This document shows positions 1-11,786 of a stretch of 59,604 nt of DNA, piece by piece. This stretch comes from Chiloscyllium plagiosum (Eukaryota), in assembly GCF_004010195.1 (NCBI RefSeq), contig NC_057718.1, positions 101,948,197 through 102,007,800 of the forward strand. Reading direction: 5' to 3'. Position numbers and translations under genes: made by a program. Below the pieces are notes generated by a model. The model was not told the origin of the DNA. It searched no databases and saw only the letters and a list, made by a program, of their open reading frames with translations. Within the stretch, counting starts at the first letter, position 1; each line of letters opens with the position of its first letter.

Positions 1-825
1 GATGTTTTTCAATTACGCTTAAATGATTTTTTGCTTTATTCATTTTCAGGGTATCATAGTCAAGGAAGCATTAATTGTGCATCTTGGTTTAGTCAGAATG
101 AAGTGACTTACGTGTCATGGAATGGAGTTGTATTTAAACTAGAGCAACAAGTTACCTCTGTTGAAAATGTAACAAGTTAGTTGTGATAACAAGTAGTGAG
201 CACAGAGCACTGGGACTGGGTTCAAATGCCACCTACCCCAGGGGGCGTGGAATGATATCTGTGGACAAGCCAATCAGAAAGAGAGCACAATAATTAGGAG
301 GGAGAGTTCTTTCCCATTTAGGTGGGTAACAAAGACAGTATCCATAAAACCATGAGATATAGGAGCAGGATTACGCCATTCTGCTAACGGCAAGTCTGTC
401 CTGCCTTTCATTCATATGGATATGTTTCTCAAACCCAATCTCCTGCCTTCTCCCTATAACCTTTGATTCCTTTATTAAACAAGAACCTATCGACCTCTGT
501 CTCTATCTATGTCTAATCCCATTCTCCCTCCTTTGAAATCCACCACTTCTACCATTCTTTCCCCATCTTAAGGTTCCAAACTAAAGCCTCCCTATCCCTT
601 AACGTACTTCAGTCTGAGATCAATTAGGAGTCCACTGGAGGTCTGCTTGCTGCCCAGGCAGTGCCCACATTGTCCTGAAGGTGACACCTTCTTCCAGTGA
701 GGGACAGAAGTCTCAAGGTCTCAGTCTGCAGCGATGTAGCTTCCACCCTCCCCCCCTGCCACCCCCCCCGCCCCGCTCCCCCCCCACCGTGTATAATGGC
801 TCTGAAGCAGAATTTTTTTTTATTC

Positions 826-1136
826 TTAGATTCTCTACAGTGTGGACACAGGCCCTATGGCCCAACAAGCCCACACCGACCCTCCAAAGAGTAACCCACC
901 CAGACCCATTCCCCTATATTTACCCCTGATTAATGCACCAAACACTATGGGCAGTTTAGCATGGCCAATTCACCTGATGTACACATCTTTGGATTCTGGG
1001 AGGAAACTGGAGAAACATTCGCAGTCACGGGGTGAATGTGCAAACTTCCCACAGACAGTCACCCAAGGGTGGAATCAAACCCAGGTCGTTGGCGCTGTGA
1101 GGCAGCAGTGCTAACCACTGAGCCCCTGTGCCACCA
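826..1136 (-). mobile_element. tRNA-derived V-SINE (shark HE1-like)
   Basis: A/B-box head (GGCTCAGTGG...GGTTTGATTCC), V-domain GGGTTTCCTCC..CCAAAGATGTGCAGG-like, CR1-type tail. Confidence 0.8.
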
Positions 1137-2904
1137 ACTTGTTGGATTGCTGGTTCGCAAGAAACCTTTTCCCCAGAGAGTGTGGAATAGAAAGGGAGAC
1201 AATTGTTCAGGACGAAGTGCAACCAAGTTTCAGTAGACTGATCCCTGGGATGAGGGAATTACAAAGAGTTAATTAGGAGAGGCATTGAGATGCAATAAAG
1301 ACGCATTCCCTGGAGTTTAGATCAATGAGAGTCAATCTATTTGAGAGGTATGCTGATCTCAAGGAACTTAGGAGGATGGATGCTGCAGGGTTGCTGGTTA
1401 TTGGTGAACAGTCTAGAGCTAATCAGAATCTCAGGTCATCCATTTTGGACTGAGGTGGGGAGAAATCACTTCATTCGGAAGGGATACAGTGTTGGGAATT
1501 CTCTACCTCAGAGAGTTGTGGAGGCTCAGTCTATTCATGACAGAAATTGATAGATTTGCAACAGGAAGGGAAACGTGCAAATATAGCAATAATGTGGGAT
1601 ATCATAGAGTTGAACCAATAGGTCTGTCATGATCCTAATGAATATTGGAGCAGGCTTAAAAGGCCATATGACCTATATCTGCTCCTATTTAACCTTTTCA
1701 TATGCTATTGACCATCTTTCTAGTACTGAAGCTTCCAACTCAGAAATGACCAGAGTTAATGCATCAAGTTTCACAAGGACTAAGGTCAGGATTAAGGACT
1801 AAACTCCAGACTTGAGCCTCGTCGCCCAGGTCTACAATACTACCTGAAATTAACTGGATGTTATGTGCTGTCCTAAAATATAACAACAACTATATTTCAG
1901 GTGAATTTCGCTGACTATAAAAGTAAGGGCCTTGGGACATTCTGAGACAACCACATATTTGTACCATCACTCAAGTAACCTGTTTTCACCTCCATTACAT
2001 CATCTGCCTGAAGCAAATCCAGTGAAATTCTTATCTATGTCTTTGCAACTTCAGACTTGACCATTTCCATATGTTCCATCTGGCCTCCCACACTCTAACT
2101 GCTCTCAAATTGAGGTAATCCCAAATCCTAGTGCCTGTATCCATTCATTCCAAATCCTATTCATTTATCACCCAAGTGACCTACAATTCCTTCCAGTTAA
2201 GCAATTCTCATCTTTATTTTCAAATCCCTCCAAGGCCTCGACTCTCCTTATACCTGTAACCTCCAACCTCACAATTCTCAAAGGTCTTGAGTTGCACTTA
2301 TCCTGAACAACCACCAATCTCGATAGTTCTAGTATTTTCAACTGTGCCTTCTGCTGCTTAGACACGAAGATCTGGAATTCCCTCTTTAAACATCTTCACT
2401 CCTGCTCCTCTCTAACTCCATAGACTGTTTAAAATTTCTGTCTTTGAGATTTTGTCCTCTGCCCTGATTTCAAGTTTTTGTGGCTTGGTGTATGTGGTAA
2501 TATTCCTGTGAAACATTTTATTACATTAAAGGTGTTTCTATGGTTTTGTTGAATTCATGCAAGGTGCTTTATGTAGACAAGCTTTTCCATCATTTTGGCT
2601 GTTCCCTTTGAAATTTGGTATTCTTTTGTTTCTGGCAGTTTGAGGTTAGTTCTGGATCATCCACAGATTTCAATTTTCACAATAGTGTTCAGGGATATAA
2701 AGAAGGTTAAATCTTAAAGGTTAAATCGGACGAGGTAAAGGAAAATCATTTTTCGGTTTGCTTTGGGGATAGAGATGGACAATACAATATTTCGCTACCC
2801 CTGTTGTCAAAATGATATTTAATCCTCACCATTTATGGTTGGTATCATATTTGAATAGCGAGGAAGTTGGAAAACATTTAAGCAAAATTAAACTGCCTTC
2901 ATTG

Positions 2905-3480
2905 CTCAGGCCTTTGAGTATAGGAGTTGGGACATCATGCTCAGGTTGTATAGGCTGTTCTGGAATACTGTGTCCAATTCTGGTCGCCCTGCTTTAGGAA
3001 GGATATTATTAAACTTGAGAGGGTTCGGAAGAGATTTATCTGGATGATGCTGAGACTGGATAAGCTGGGACTTTTTCCCCTGGAGCACAGGAGGTTGAGG
3101 GGTGACCTCATAGAGGTTTATAAAATCACGAGGGGCAGAGATAAGGTGAGTAGCAAAGGTCTTTTCCCTTGGGTAGGGGAGTTCAAAACTAGAGGGAATA
3201 TTTTTAAGGCGAGAGGAGAAAAATTTAAAAAGGACACGTGGGACAACATTTTTATACAGAGTGGTTCGTGTGTGGAATGACCTTCCAGAAGAAGTGGTAC
3301 ATGCAGGTACAGTTACAATGTTTAAAAGACATTTGGGTAAGTCCATGAATAAGAAAGGTTTGGAGGGATATGGTCCATGCATAGGTAGGTGGGACTAGTT
3401 TAGTTTGGGAACATGGTCGGTGTGAACTAGTTGGAGCGAAGGGTCTGTTTCCATGCTGAATGACTCTCTGACTCTATGAG
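2905..3480 (+). mobile_element. CR1-type LINE 3' fragment
   Basis: LGLFPLEHRRLRGDLIEVYKI (CR1 ORF2 C-terminus); (gactct)n tail. Confidence 0.85.
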
Positions 3481-4411
3481 CATCACTGCATTTTGCTGTT
3501 CTTGTACAGTCTTAGGTTATAATGTGAGGTTTCTCTTACAATTAATAGTATGAACCATATGGCTTCTGGGGATGAAAGAAAATGTATGATAGGAAACATT
3601 ATTTTATTTGTAAACAATTATACTTACTTGGTAGTGTAGATCTTGAGTTTTACTGTCAGAAGATACAAGCTGTCAGTGCTTATCTTATTGCACTGATCAG
3701 GACAGAATCACAAGAATGCCAAATTTCAAAGGGAACAACAATTTATGCTGCATGAAAATAGGCTGCTGATTGTTTGACAATAACTTATAAACCTGGGTAA
3801 GATCACTGAATGCTTGTCAACGTACATTTCAAACAATCTCTAAACTGTTCTCATGCCTTATAAATTAATGCTCCTCTTGAAATTAGGCATTCTTGCATTG
3901 GTCCTGATGTATGCAAAAAGGGAAAGCTTTAACAGCATGTCTCTTTATTCATTTCTTCTTCCTTAAACAGGTCGATCATTTTGTTGCATGTAAGATAGAG
4001 AGGACATCTATCCTATTATTAAGCTGTAATTTTCTGAACCTGTGAAGGTAATTACCTCAGAACATGATGGTTGATTTATGTTCTCATCTGTGGGTTATGG
4101 TTGTCACTGGCAAAGTCACATTTATTGGACATTCCTAATTACCCTTGAATGGAATGGCTTGCTAGGGTTAGTCTGGAGTCACATGTAGATCAAATTCAGC
4201 AAAGACAGCAGATTACCTCCACTTGGAGACAATAGAGAACCATTCTTTTTACAACTGTTGATAGATTCACTGTCACCATTACTGAGCCTTGCATTTAATT
4301 CCAGATAAATCCAGCTACCGTAGTGGAATTTGAGCCTGTGCTGCCAAATCAACAATAGGGGCTTCTAGATTACCTGTCAAGTGACATTGTTTCCAGCCAG
4401 TGGTGACCAGT

Positions 4412-4900
4412 CATTGAGTCATACAGCACAGAAACAGACCCTTCGGTCCAACCAGTCCATGCTGAACATAATCCCAAACTAAACTAGTCCCACCTGCCTG
4501 CTCCTGGCCCATCTCCTTCCAAACCTTGCAGGTAAATCGATGTTCCGGGCAAAAATGTCTATTCCTGATGAAGGACTTTTGCCCGAAACGTCGATTTTCC
4601 TGCTCCTCGGATGCTGCCTGACCAGCTGTGCTTTTCCAGCATCATTCTAATCTAGACTCTGGTTTCCAGCATCTGCAGTACTTGTTTTTACCTCCTTCCA
4701 AACCTTTCCTATTCATGTATCTATCCAAATATCTTATAAACGTCACAATTGTATCCACATCCATCACTTCCTCAGGAAGTTCAGTCCACCCACAAACTAC
4801 CCTCTGCGTAAAATATTTTCCCCTCATGTCTTTTTTAAATCTCTCTCCTCTCACCTTAAAAGTGTGCCTCCAGTTTTGAAATCCCCCATCCTGGGGAAGA
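4412..4900 (-). mobile_element. CR1-type LINE 3' fragment with a nested hammerhead cassette (4528-4691)
   Basis: RGERFKKDMRGKYFTQRVV; TSD ctccttccaaacctt. Confidence 0.8.
4561..4597 (+). ncRNA. Minimal hammerhead ribozyme motif, family A (one stem II mismatch)
   Basis: CTGATGA-A-GGAC-TTTT-GCCC-GAAA-CG-TC. Confidence 0.62.
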
Positions 4901-5125
4901 GATGATGTGCGTTAACCTGAGTCCTCATTTTCGATTCCATTTGGGGAATTTTAACCCCCAAAATTGGATATGCTTGGGTTCTGGTCAGGGGTTAAAGCAT
5001 GAAAAGTTTGAATTTTGATGCCAACACATATCCAACTTGTTCACTGCCTGAAGTGAAAGTCACTTTAAATAGTGTCAGAAGTCACATGACATAAGGTTAT
5101 AGTGGGACAGGTTTCATAGAAGAAT

Positions 5126-5423
5126 AGAATCCCTGCAGTGTGGAAACAGGCCATCTGGCCCAACAAGTTCACACCAACTTTCCAAAGAGTTACCCACCCT
5201 ACCCTATAACTCAACATTTACCCTCAAACTACATCCCTGAACACTATGGGCAATTTAGCATGGCCAATTCATATAACCTGCACATCGTTGGACAAAGGGA
5301 GGAAACCCACGCAGACACGGGGAGAATGTGCAAACTCCACACAGACAGTTGCCCGAGGCTGGAATCGAACCTAGGTCCCTGTCACTGTGAAGCAGCAGTG
5401 TTCACCACTGAGCCACTGTGCTG
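5126..5423 (-). mobile_element. HE1-like SINE
   Basis: Same family as 826-1136. Confidence 0.8.
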
Positions 5424-5542
5424 CAAATCACAATCTTTCAGAGTGCTGCTCCTTCATCAGGTGAAGTCACTTCAAGCTTGCGATTTCAAATAAACCCGTT
5501 GGACTATAACCTAGTGTCATGTGGCTTCTGAAATTGACCACC

Positions 5543-5762
5543 TGAAATAACTGCACAGAGGCTGGAATCCCATTACTGAGTCACCCTTTATTTACTCGTG
5601 CACAGTGCACTGGCCAGCCAACTCGGAGTCAGTCCCCTGAACTGAGGAGATTCTGAATCCTCTGCATACCTTCGTCAGCCAGGGCTTTCCTGATTGGTCC
5701 AGTTAATAATTCCAATCAAGGAATTTGTAGTCAATGATGTCCACCTGATTCCAATCACTACA
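5543..5762 (-). mobile_element. Probable solo LTR
   Basis: TG...CA ends, AATAAA on the minus strand, homologous to 39095-39527. Confidence 0.55.
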
Positions 5763-7206
5763 CCAGCCCCATCATACACCGGGCACCGCCACACTTTATA
5801 ATGAGGCAAGACTTCTCTTTACAATTCATTCAAACTTTGAAAACCTCATGGACCAGCCAGCGAAACCTGAGACGACAGCAGTGGTTCAGGCGGTTGTACT
5901 TGCTTTTGCAATTAACTGCAAGTTCTAGTTCTAGTGGGTTTGCCTGGTCAACCTCCCATGACCAGACACTCCAGATAAGGTATTCCTGATGTAGAGCTTT
6001 TGCCCGAAACGTCGATTTTACTGCTCCTGGTGAGCTGCCTGAACTGCTGTGCTTCACAGCACCACTAATCCAGACACTCCAGATGCCTGACCCCCCCTTA
6101 CCCACCCACCATGAGTTCTCAGTACCATACTCAAATCCCCTTCCTGAGCCAACACTCCTGTAGCCTCTGATCCCGCCCCACACTCCCAGTTGGACTCTGA
6201 AACATCTGAGTGCCAGGATTGAGAGAAGTTCACCCCTCTCGGGCAGAAACTGAACCCAGCTCTTGCAAGAATTTGAGATGTTTCCACAGTTCTGTAAGAT
6301 TTGTAATTTCTGAATTAAATCAGGTTATACCTTTGAGACCAAATTGTGAAAACTAAACTCAATCAATGCCTTGAACCTCATATTGTCAGAAGAGTCAAGA
6401 ATTAGTAAACAGTTTCACATCAATATTCAAGAATGTGTTTATCTCACAAACATACATAGCTGAATACCTTATGACCATCACCAAGTAGTTATTGACATTC
6501 CTTAATGATGTGGCAGCAAATTGAATTGTACCATCTTGGTGCTGTTTAGCTGATGCAAGTGATGGAACGTAGCAAGCTATGCAAATATTACTTTGCTTTC
6601 TCTTTTGTGGGATGTGAGCATTGCTGAGAAGACTGACACTTCTTACCAGCTCTAACTGCCATTCAACTGCATGACTAGGCCATGCTTGGAGAGGGTACAT
6701 GGTGATGTTGTGGCAATACCAGACTAGAAATCCAGAGCTCCAGGCTAATATTGTGAGGATTTAGCCTCAAATCCTACCCAGCCTTTTGATGAAGTTTGAC
6801 TTCAATACAAATCTGAAAAGAGGGGGAATAAAAGGATAGTCAATTGGCAGACATGCTGATTTTTGCAAAAACCCATCTGGTTCACCAGTGCCCTTTTGAG
6901 AAGGAAGTCAGCCATCCTGTCTAGCCTACCCGTGACTCCAGTCCCATAGCAATGAAGTTGATTCTTGACTGGCCAATCAAGGATAATAAATATGGCCCAG
7001 CCAGAGATGCTCCCAGCCCATGAATGAAAAAAATTCAGAGGATGGGGAGGAGTCAACCCCATTGCTGTGGATCTGGAGTCACATGTCAACCATACCAGGT
7101 AAGGATGGTAGATTTCCTTCAGTAAAGGACATTAGTGAACCAGATGGGGTTTTACAATAATCAATGTCATAGTCATCATCATTGAGACTAGACTTCAATT
7201 CCAAAT

Positions 7207-8050
7207 AGAGTCGTAGACTCATAAGGATATTCAGCATGGAAACAGGTCCTTCCGTCCAACTTGTCCAGCCTGCCAGATATCCTAAATTAATCGAGTCCCA
7301 TTTACCAGCACTTACATAGAACATAGAACATTACAGCGCAGTACAGGCCCTTCGGCCCTCGATGTTGCGCCGCCCTGTCATACTAATCTGAAGCCCATCC
7401 CACCTACACTATTCTATGTACATCCATTTGCCTGTCCAATGACGACTTAAATGCACTTAAACTTGGCGAATCTACTACCGATGCTGGCAAGCATTCCATA
7501 CTCTTACTACTCTCTGAGTAAAGAACTTGGCCAATATCCCTTTAAACACTTCCTATTCATATACCCATCCAGGTGCCTTTTAAATGCAGTAATTGTACCA
7601 GCCTCCACCACTTCCTCTGGCAGCTCATTCCATATACGCACTATTTTCTGTGTGAAAAAGTTGCCCCTTAGTTCCTTTTTAAATCTTTTTCTCTGACCTA
7701 AACCTATGCCCTCTAGTTTTGGAATCCCTCACCTGGGGAAAAAGTGATTCAACTTATCTATTACCCTCATGATTTTATAAACTTACGTAAGGTCAGCCCT
7801 CAGCCTCCGACCCTCCAGGCAAAACAGCCCCAGCCTATTCAGCCTCTTCTTGTAGCTCAAACCTTTCAACCCCAGCAACATCCTTGTGAATCTTTTCTGA
7901 ACCCTTTCAAGTTTCACAACATCCTTACTATAACAAGGAGACCAGAATTGAACGCAATATTCCAAAAGTAGCCTAACCAATGTCCTGTACAGCTGCAACA
8001 TGAACTCCCAACTCCTATACTCAATGCACTGACCAATAAAGATAAGCATA
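7207..8050 (-). mobile_element. CR1-type LINE 3' fragment with a second CR1 tail nested (7314-7525)
   Basis: LEYCVQFWSPCYSKDVVKLERVQKRFTRML. Confidence 0.85.
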
Positions 8051-9301
8051 TTTATTGACTGAATTTAAATTACCATGATAGGATTCAACCCTTTCTGACT
8101 AGAGTCTCTGGATTGCCAGATCAGTGGCATTACACACTGTCTGCCTGAATTGAGTGTCTTATCAATGTTTCTATCTCAAATCAACTTCCCAATAGACATC
8201 TAAATCTACACTGCCCACTGCCTCGGAAAGGCAGCCAACATCATCAAAGACCCCTGTTACCCCAGTTACAATCTCTTCCATCGGGCAGAAGATACAAAAG
8301 CTTAAACACATGTACCAGCAGGTTCGAGAACAGCTTCTTCCCCGCTGTTATTAGATTTCTGAATGGACCTCTCAAATTTACATTCCTGATGAAGAGCGTA
8401 TGCTCAAAACGTCGACTCTCCTGCTTCTCGGTTGGTGCCTGACCGGCTGTGCTTTTCTAGTGTCACACCTTTTGACTCTCAAATTTAATGTTGACCTCAC
8501 TCTTTGTGCACCTTCTCTGCAGCTGTAACTTTATATTCCTCACTCTGTTCTAATACTCTAATGCACTTTGTATGGGGCATGGTCTGCCTATACTGCACGC
8601 AAAACAAAAGTTTTCACTTTACCTGGGTACATGACAATAATAAATCAAATCAAAAATTAAATCAAATAAATATAATGCATAAATATAATGAGCTGTTGGA
8701 CCCCTATTTGAGTTAATTCTGAGAGATATCATTGTGTCTTTCCTATATATTTTGCTAGAGAAACTGGATAACGTTTAGCAGTGCAACATCAAATACTTTT
8801 CTTTCTGTCCACCTGGGTTATGTGAAACAAAGCATTTTGCTAGAAGTTCAGCAGGTGTTGCCGTGATAGTGCTGAGTGTCATCTGAATAATGTCAAACTG
8901 AGACATTCAGTAAGACAATCAAAGGACAGATTAGTGGAAAGTGAATTTCTTTGATTGGGGGAGTCCAGACCTGCTTTATCAGGTCCTGGTTTATCAGAAA
9001 AGTAAAAGTCTGAGACTGCTGGAATGTTGTTAGGCAAGCAAAGCAAGGGTTACAGAACCAGTGTGGTTATATGGAGTTACGAGACACATCAGCCAAGAAC
9101 TGATTGATTGCTGGGAGACAATCAAAGGGTTGAATGGCCTTCTTCTGTTCCAATTGCTGGAGAGGCCAAGTCATTGAGTGTATTTAAGACAGAGATAGAT
9201 AGGTTCGTGATTGGTAAGAGGATTAAGTGTTATGGGTGGAAGGCAGGGTAATAAGGCTGAGAAACATACCAGCCATGACCAAGTGGCAGAGCAGACTTTT
9301 T

Positions 9302-9590
9302 TTGATTCCCTACAGTGTGGAAATTGGCCCTTCGACCCAACCAGTCCACACTGACCCTCCAGTGAGTAACCCACCCAGACCCATTTCCCTCTGACTAATT
9401 GACCTAACACTATGGGGCAATTTAGCACGGCCAATTCACCTGACCTGCACATCTTTGGACTGTGGGAGGAAACCAGAGCAAACCCACGCAGACACGGGGA
9501 GAATGTGCAAACTCCACACAGACAGTCGAGGCTGGAATCAAACCTGGGACCCTGATGCTGTGAGGCAGCAGTGCTAACCACTGTGCCACC
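9302..9590 (-). mobile_element. HE1-like SINE
   Basis: Same family as 826-1136. Confidence 0.8.
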
Positions 9591-10019
9591 CTCGATGGGC
9601 TGAATGGCCTAATTCTGCTCCTAAACCTCATGACTTATGTTACGAGGAGTAGTCCCATTTAGTTTCTTCATTTAGTTCTATCGTCACTGTTCAGTTCCTA
9701 GAGGCTGTGCTGGTTTAATTCCTAAACACATGATTGTGAATTTGATTTCTTTCTCACCCACCAGAATGCACTGTTTAAATGTTGTTAATCTTCCCACAAA
9801 GCTGCAGTAATGCAGCAAGCACAGTACAGTACTCCATGTGAAATAGTGCAGACACAGAGTGTATTCAGAGTCACTGCATTAATACTTGCTAAAAATGCTC
9901 TGGGATATAAACAATTAGGAAACTAAACCTTCATTTGCAAGGTTTTGGTTTTGGATTTAGGTTTTTTTTAATATCGTACAATGCAACAAAACAGAAGTGT
10001 TCACAGTTACAAAATGGGC

Positions 10020-10068
10020 AGTAATTGTTCACAAAACAATAATCTACGAATGCATGGTCTGTTTTATT
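10020..10068 (-). terminator. Probable PCSK2 polyadenylation signal with downstream GU/U-rich element
   Basis: AATAAA on the minus strand at 10063-10068, about 520 nt past the stop, followed by ATTATTGTTTTGTG. Confidence 0.55.
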
Positions 10069-10589
10069 TCATATTATTCCAATGCAGAGAAATAAATCAT
10101 TCTGCCTATTGATTATCAGGAGAGGTGGGTGTGTATGACTCAGTGATTACCCACCTTCAGTGACACAGTGTAAAGTCTATCCAGCCAATAAAAGCCTGCT
10201 TTCAGCTTGGTTAAGCTCATATAGAGGAAATATACTGAAACCTATAGCCTGCGAAGTTGGAAATGTGTGTCTTTTATATAAACATTTATCACAAAAATAT
10301 AAAGAGAATCCATCACTGCTTTGCTTGCAAGATTTCACTTTTAAATTTCACACATCAGGGATCCTTACATTCACCAACTGTACATAAAATTTGTGGAATT
10401 AACAGTTATCAGTGTAAAAAAATTGTCATTTAAATTTAATTATTAACTGACAACGTACAACAGATGAATTTAAGATCACAACAAGGTGTGATAATTTTGC
10501 AACAGGAAACATTCATATCAGTGTTAGATTACAAAGCAGCTACAATGTGGGATTTGGGGACGAAAGACTGACATGCAGCATTTACTAAA

Positions 10590-11076
10590 CTAGTTTTTCC
10601 TCAGCAGGTTTTTTAGGCTTCTCTCCACTGCTTCATCCAACTCTTCCTCCAGCTCTTCCTTCTTTGACATAGCCAATTTGGACTGGTAATCACTCACTCT
10701 TTGGTCGATGTAAGGAGCACTCTGGGTCCCGTGGAGCATCAAGGTCCATTCCTTGAGCACCCCTTTCTGCTCAGTGCCACCAACAAAACCAACCTCCAGG
10801 ATCCAAGTGCCCCTAGGGTCTTCGCCCCAGGTGTGTGTTGTCATGAAAGGCCACTTGTCAAAGCCCACCTTAGAGTCATCATCCCGTGGCCTGCGGCTGA
10901 GCAGAATGGACTTGGTGCCCATTGGGGAGGTCAGGTTGGCGTTAAGGTCACCTCGCCTGGTGGAATTCATGGTCACCACAGCCTGGACATGCTCAAGGTA
11001 GCGGACAAAGTTATCCTTCCCCTCACACGCATCGGTTGATATTTTTAGGACCATCTTGTTGTCCGATGAGATTGCC
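10590..11076 (-). CDS. PCSK2: PCSK2 last coding exon: P-domain (RRGDL) and C-terminal tail ending ...ERSLKNLLRKN*
   Basis: ORF 10590..11054 extended to a ttacAG acceptor; 487 bp to the TAG stop. The seven exons sum to 1374 bp, in frame. Confidence 0.97.
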
Positions 11077-11142
11077 CTGTAACAAGGAAAAGAAATGGGA
11101 GGCCATTAAACAGGAGCAAGACTCTGGCTGCGATCATAAAAG

Positions 11143-11786
11143 ATCCCTCAAAGTTGCCACCCAGGTTGATAGGGTTGTTAAGATGGCATATTGTGTTTTG
11201 GCTTTCATTCGCAGGGGGATTGAGTTTAAGAGCAGCGAGGTAATGCTGCAGCTCTATAGAGCCCTGGTTAGACCACACTTGGAATATTGTGTTCAGTTCT
11301 GGTCGCCTCATTATAGGAAAGACATGAAAGCTTTAGAGAGGATGCTGAGGAGATTTACCAGGATGTTGCCTGGACTGGAGGGCATGTCTTATGAAGAAAG
11401 GTTGTGGGAACTAGGACTTTTCTCATCGGAGTGAAGATGGTGAGAGGCAAATTGATAGAGGTGTGCAAGATGATGAGAGGCATAGATAAAGAGATTTTTT
11501 CCCAGAGCTGAAATGGCTATCAGAGAGGGCATAATTTTAAGGTGATTGAAGGAAGCTTTAGGGGAGATGTCATAGGTAGGTTCCTCACACAGAGAGTGGT
11601 GGGTGCATGAAATGCACTGCCAGCAGCGGTAGAATAGTCAGGACATTTAAGCAATAGGCACATGGATGATAGTAAAATGAAGTGCATGTAGGTTAGTCTG
11701 ATCTTAGAATAGGATAAAAGGCTGGCATAACATTGAGGGCCGAAGAGCCTATACTCTGCTGTACTGTTCTATGTTCTATTTTCTAT
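11143..11786 (+). mobile_element. CR1-type LINE 3' fragment, antisense in the last PCSK2 intron
   Basis: LVRPHLEYCVQFWSPHYRKD...; (tgttcta)n tail. Confidence 0.88.

Noticed and set aside
1..9700. A neighbouring gene downstream of PCSK2
   Set aside because: No exon-like protein sequence recognised; only repeats.
10701..11039. Plus-strand ORFs over the last PCSK2 exon (similarly 16235 and 38237)
   Set aside because: Antisense shadows of coding exons with no independent support.
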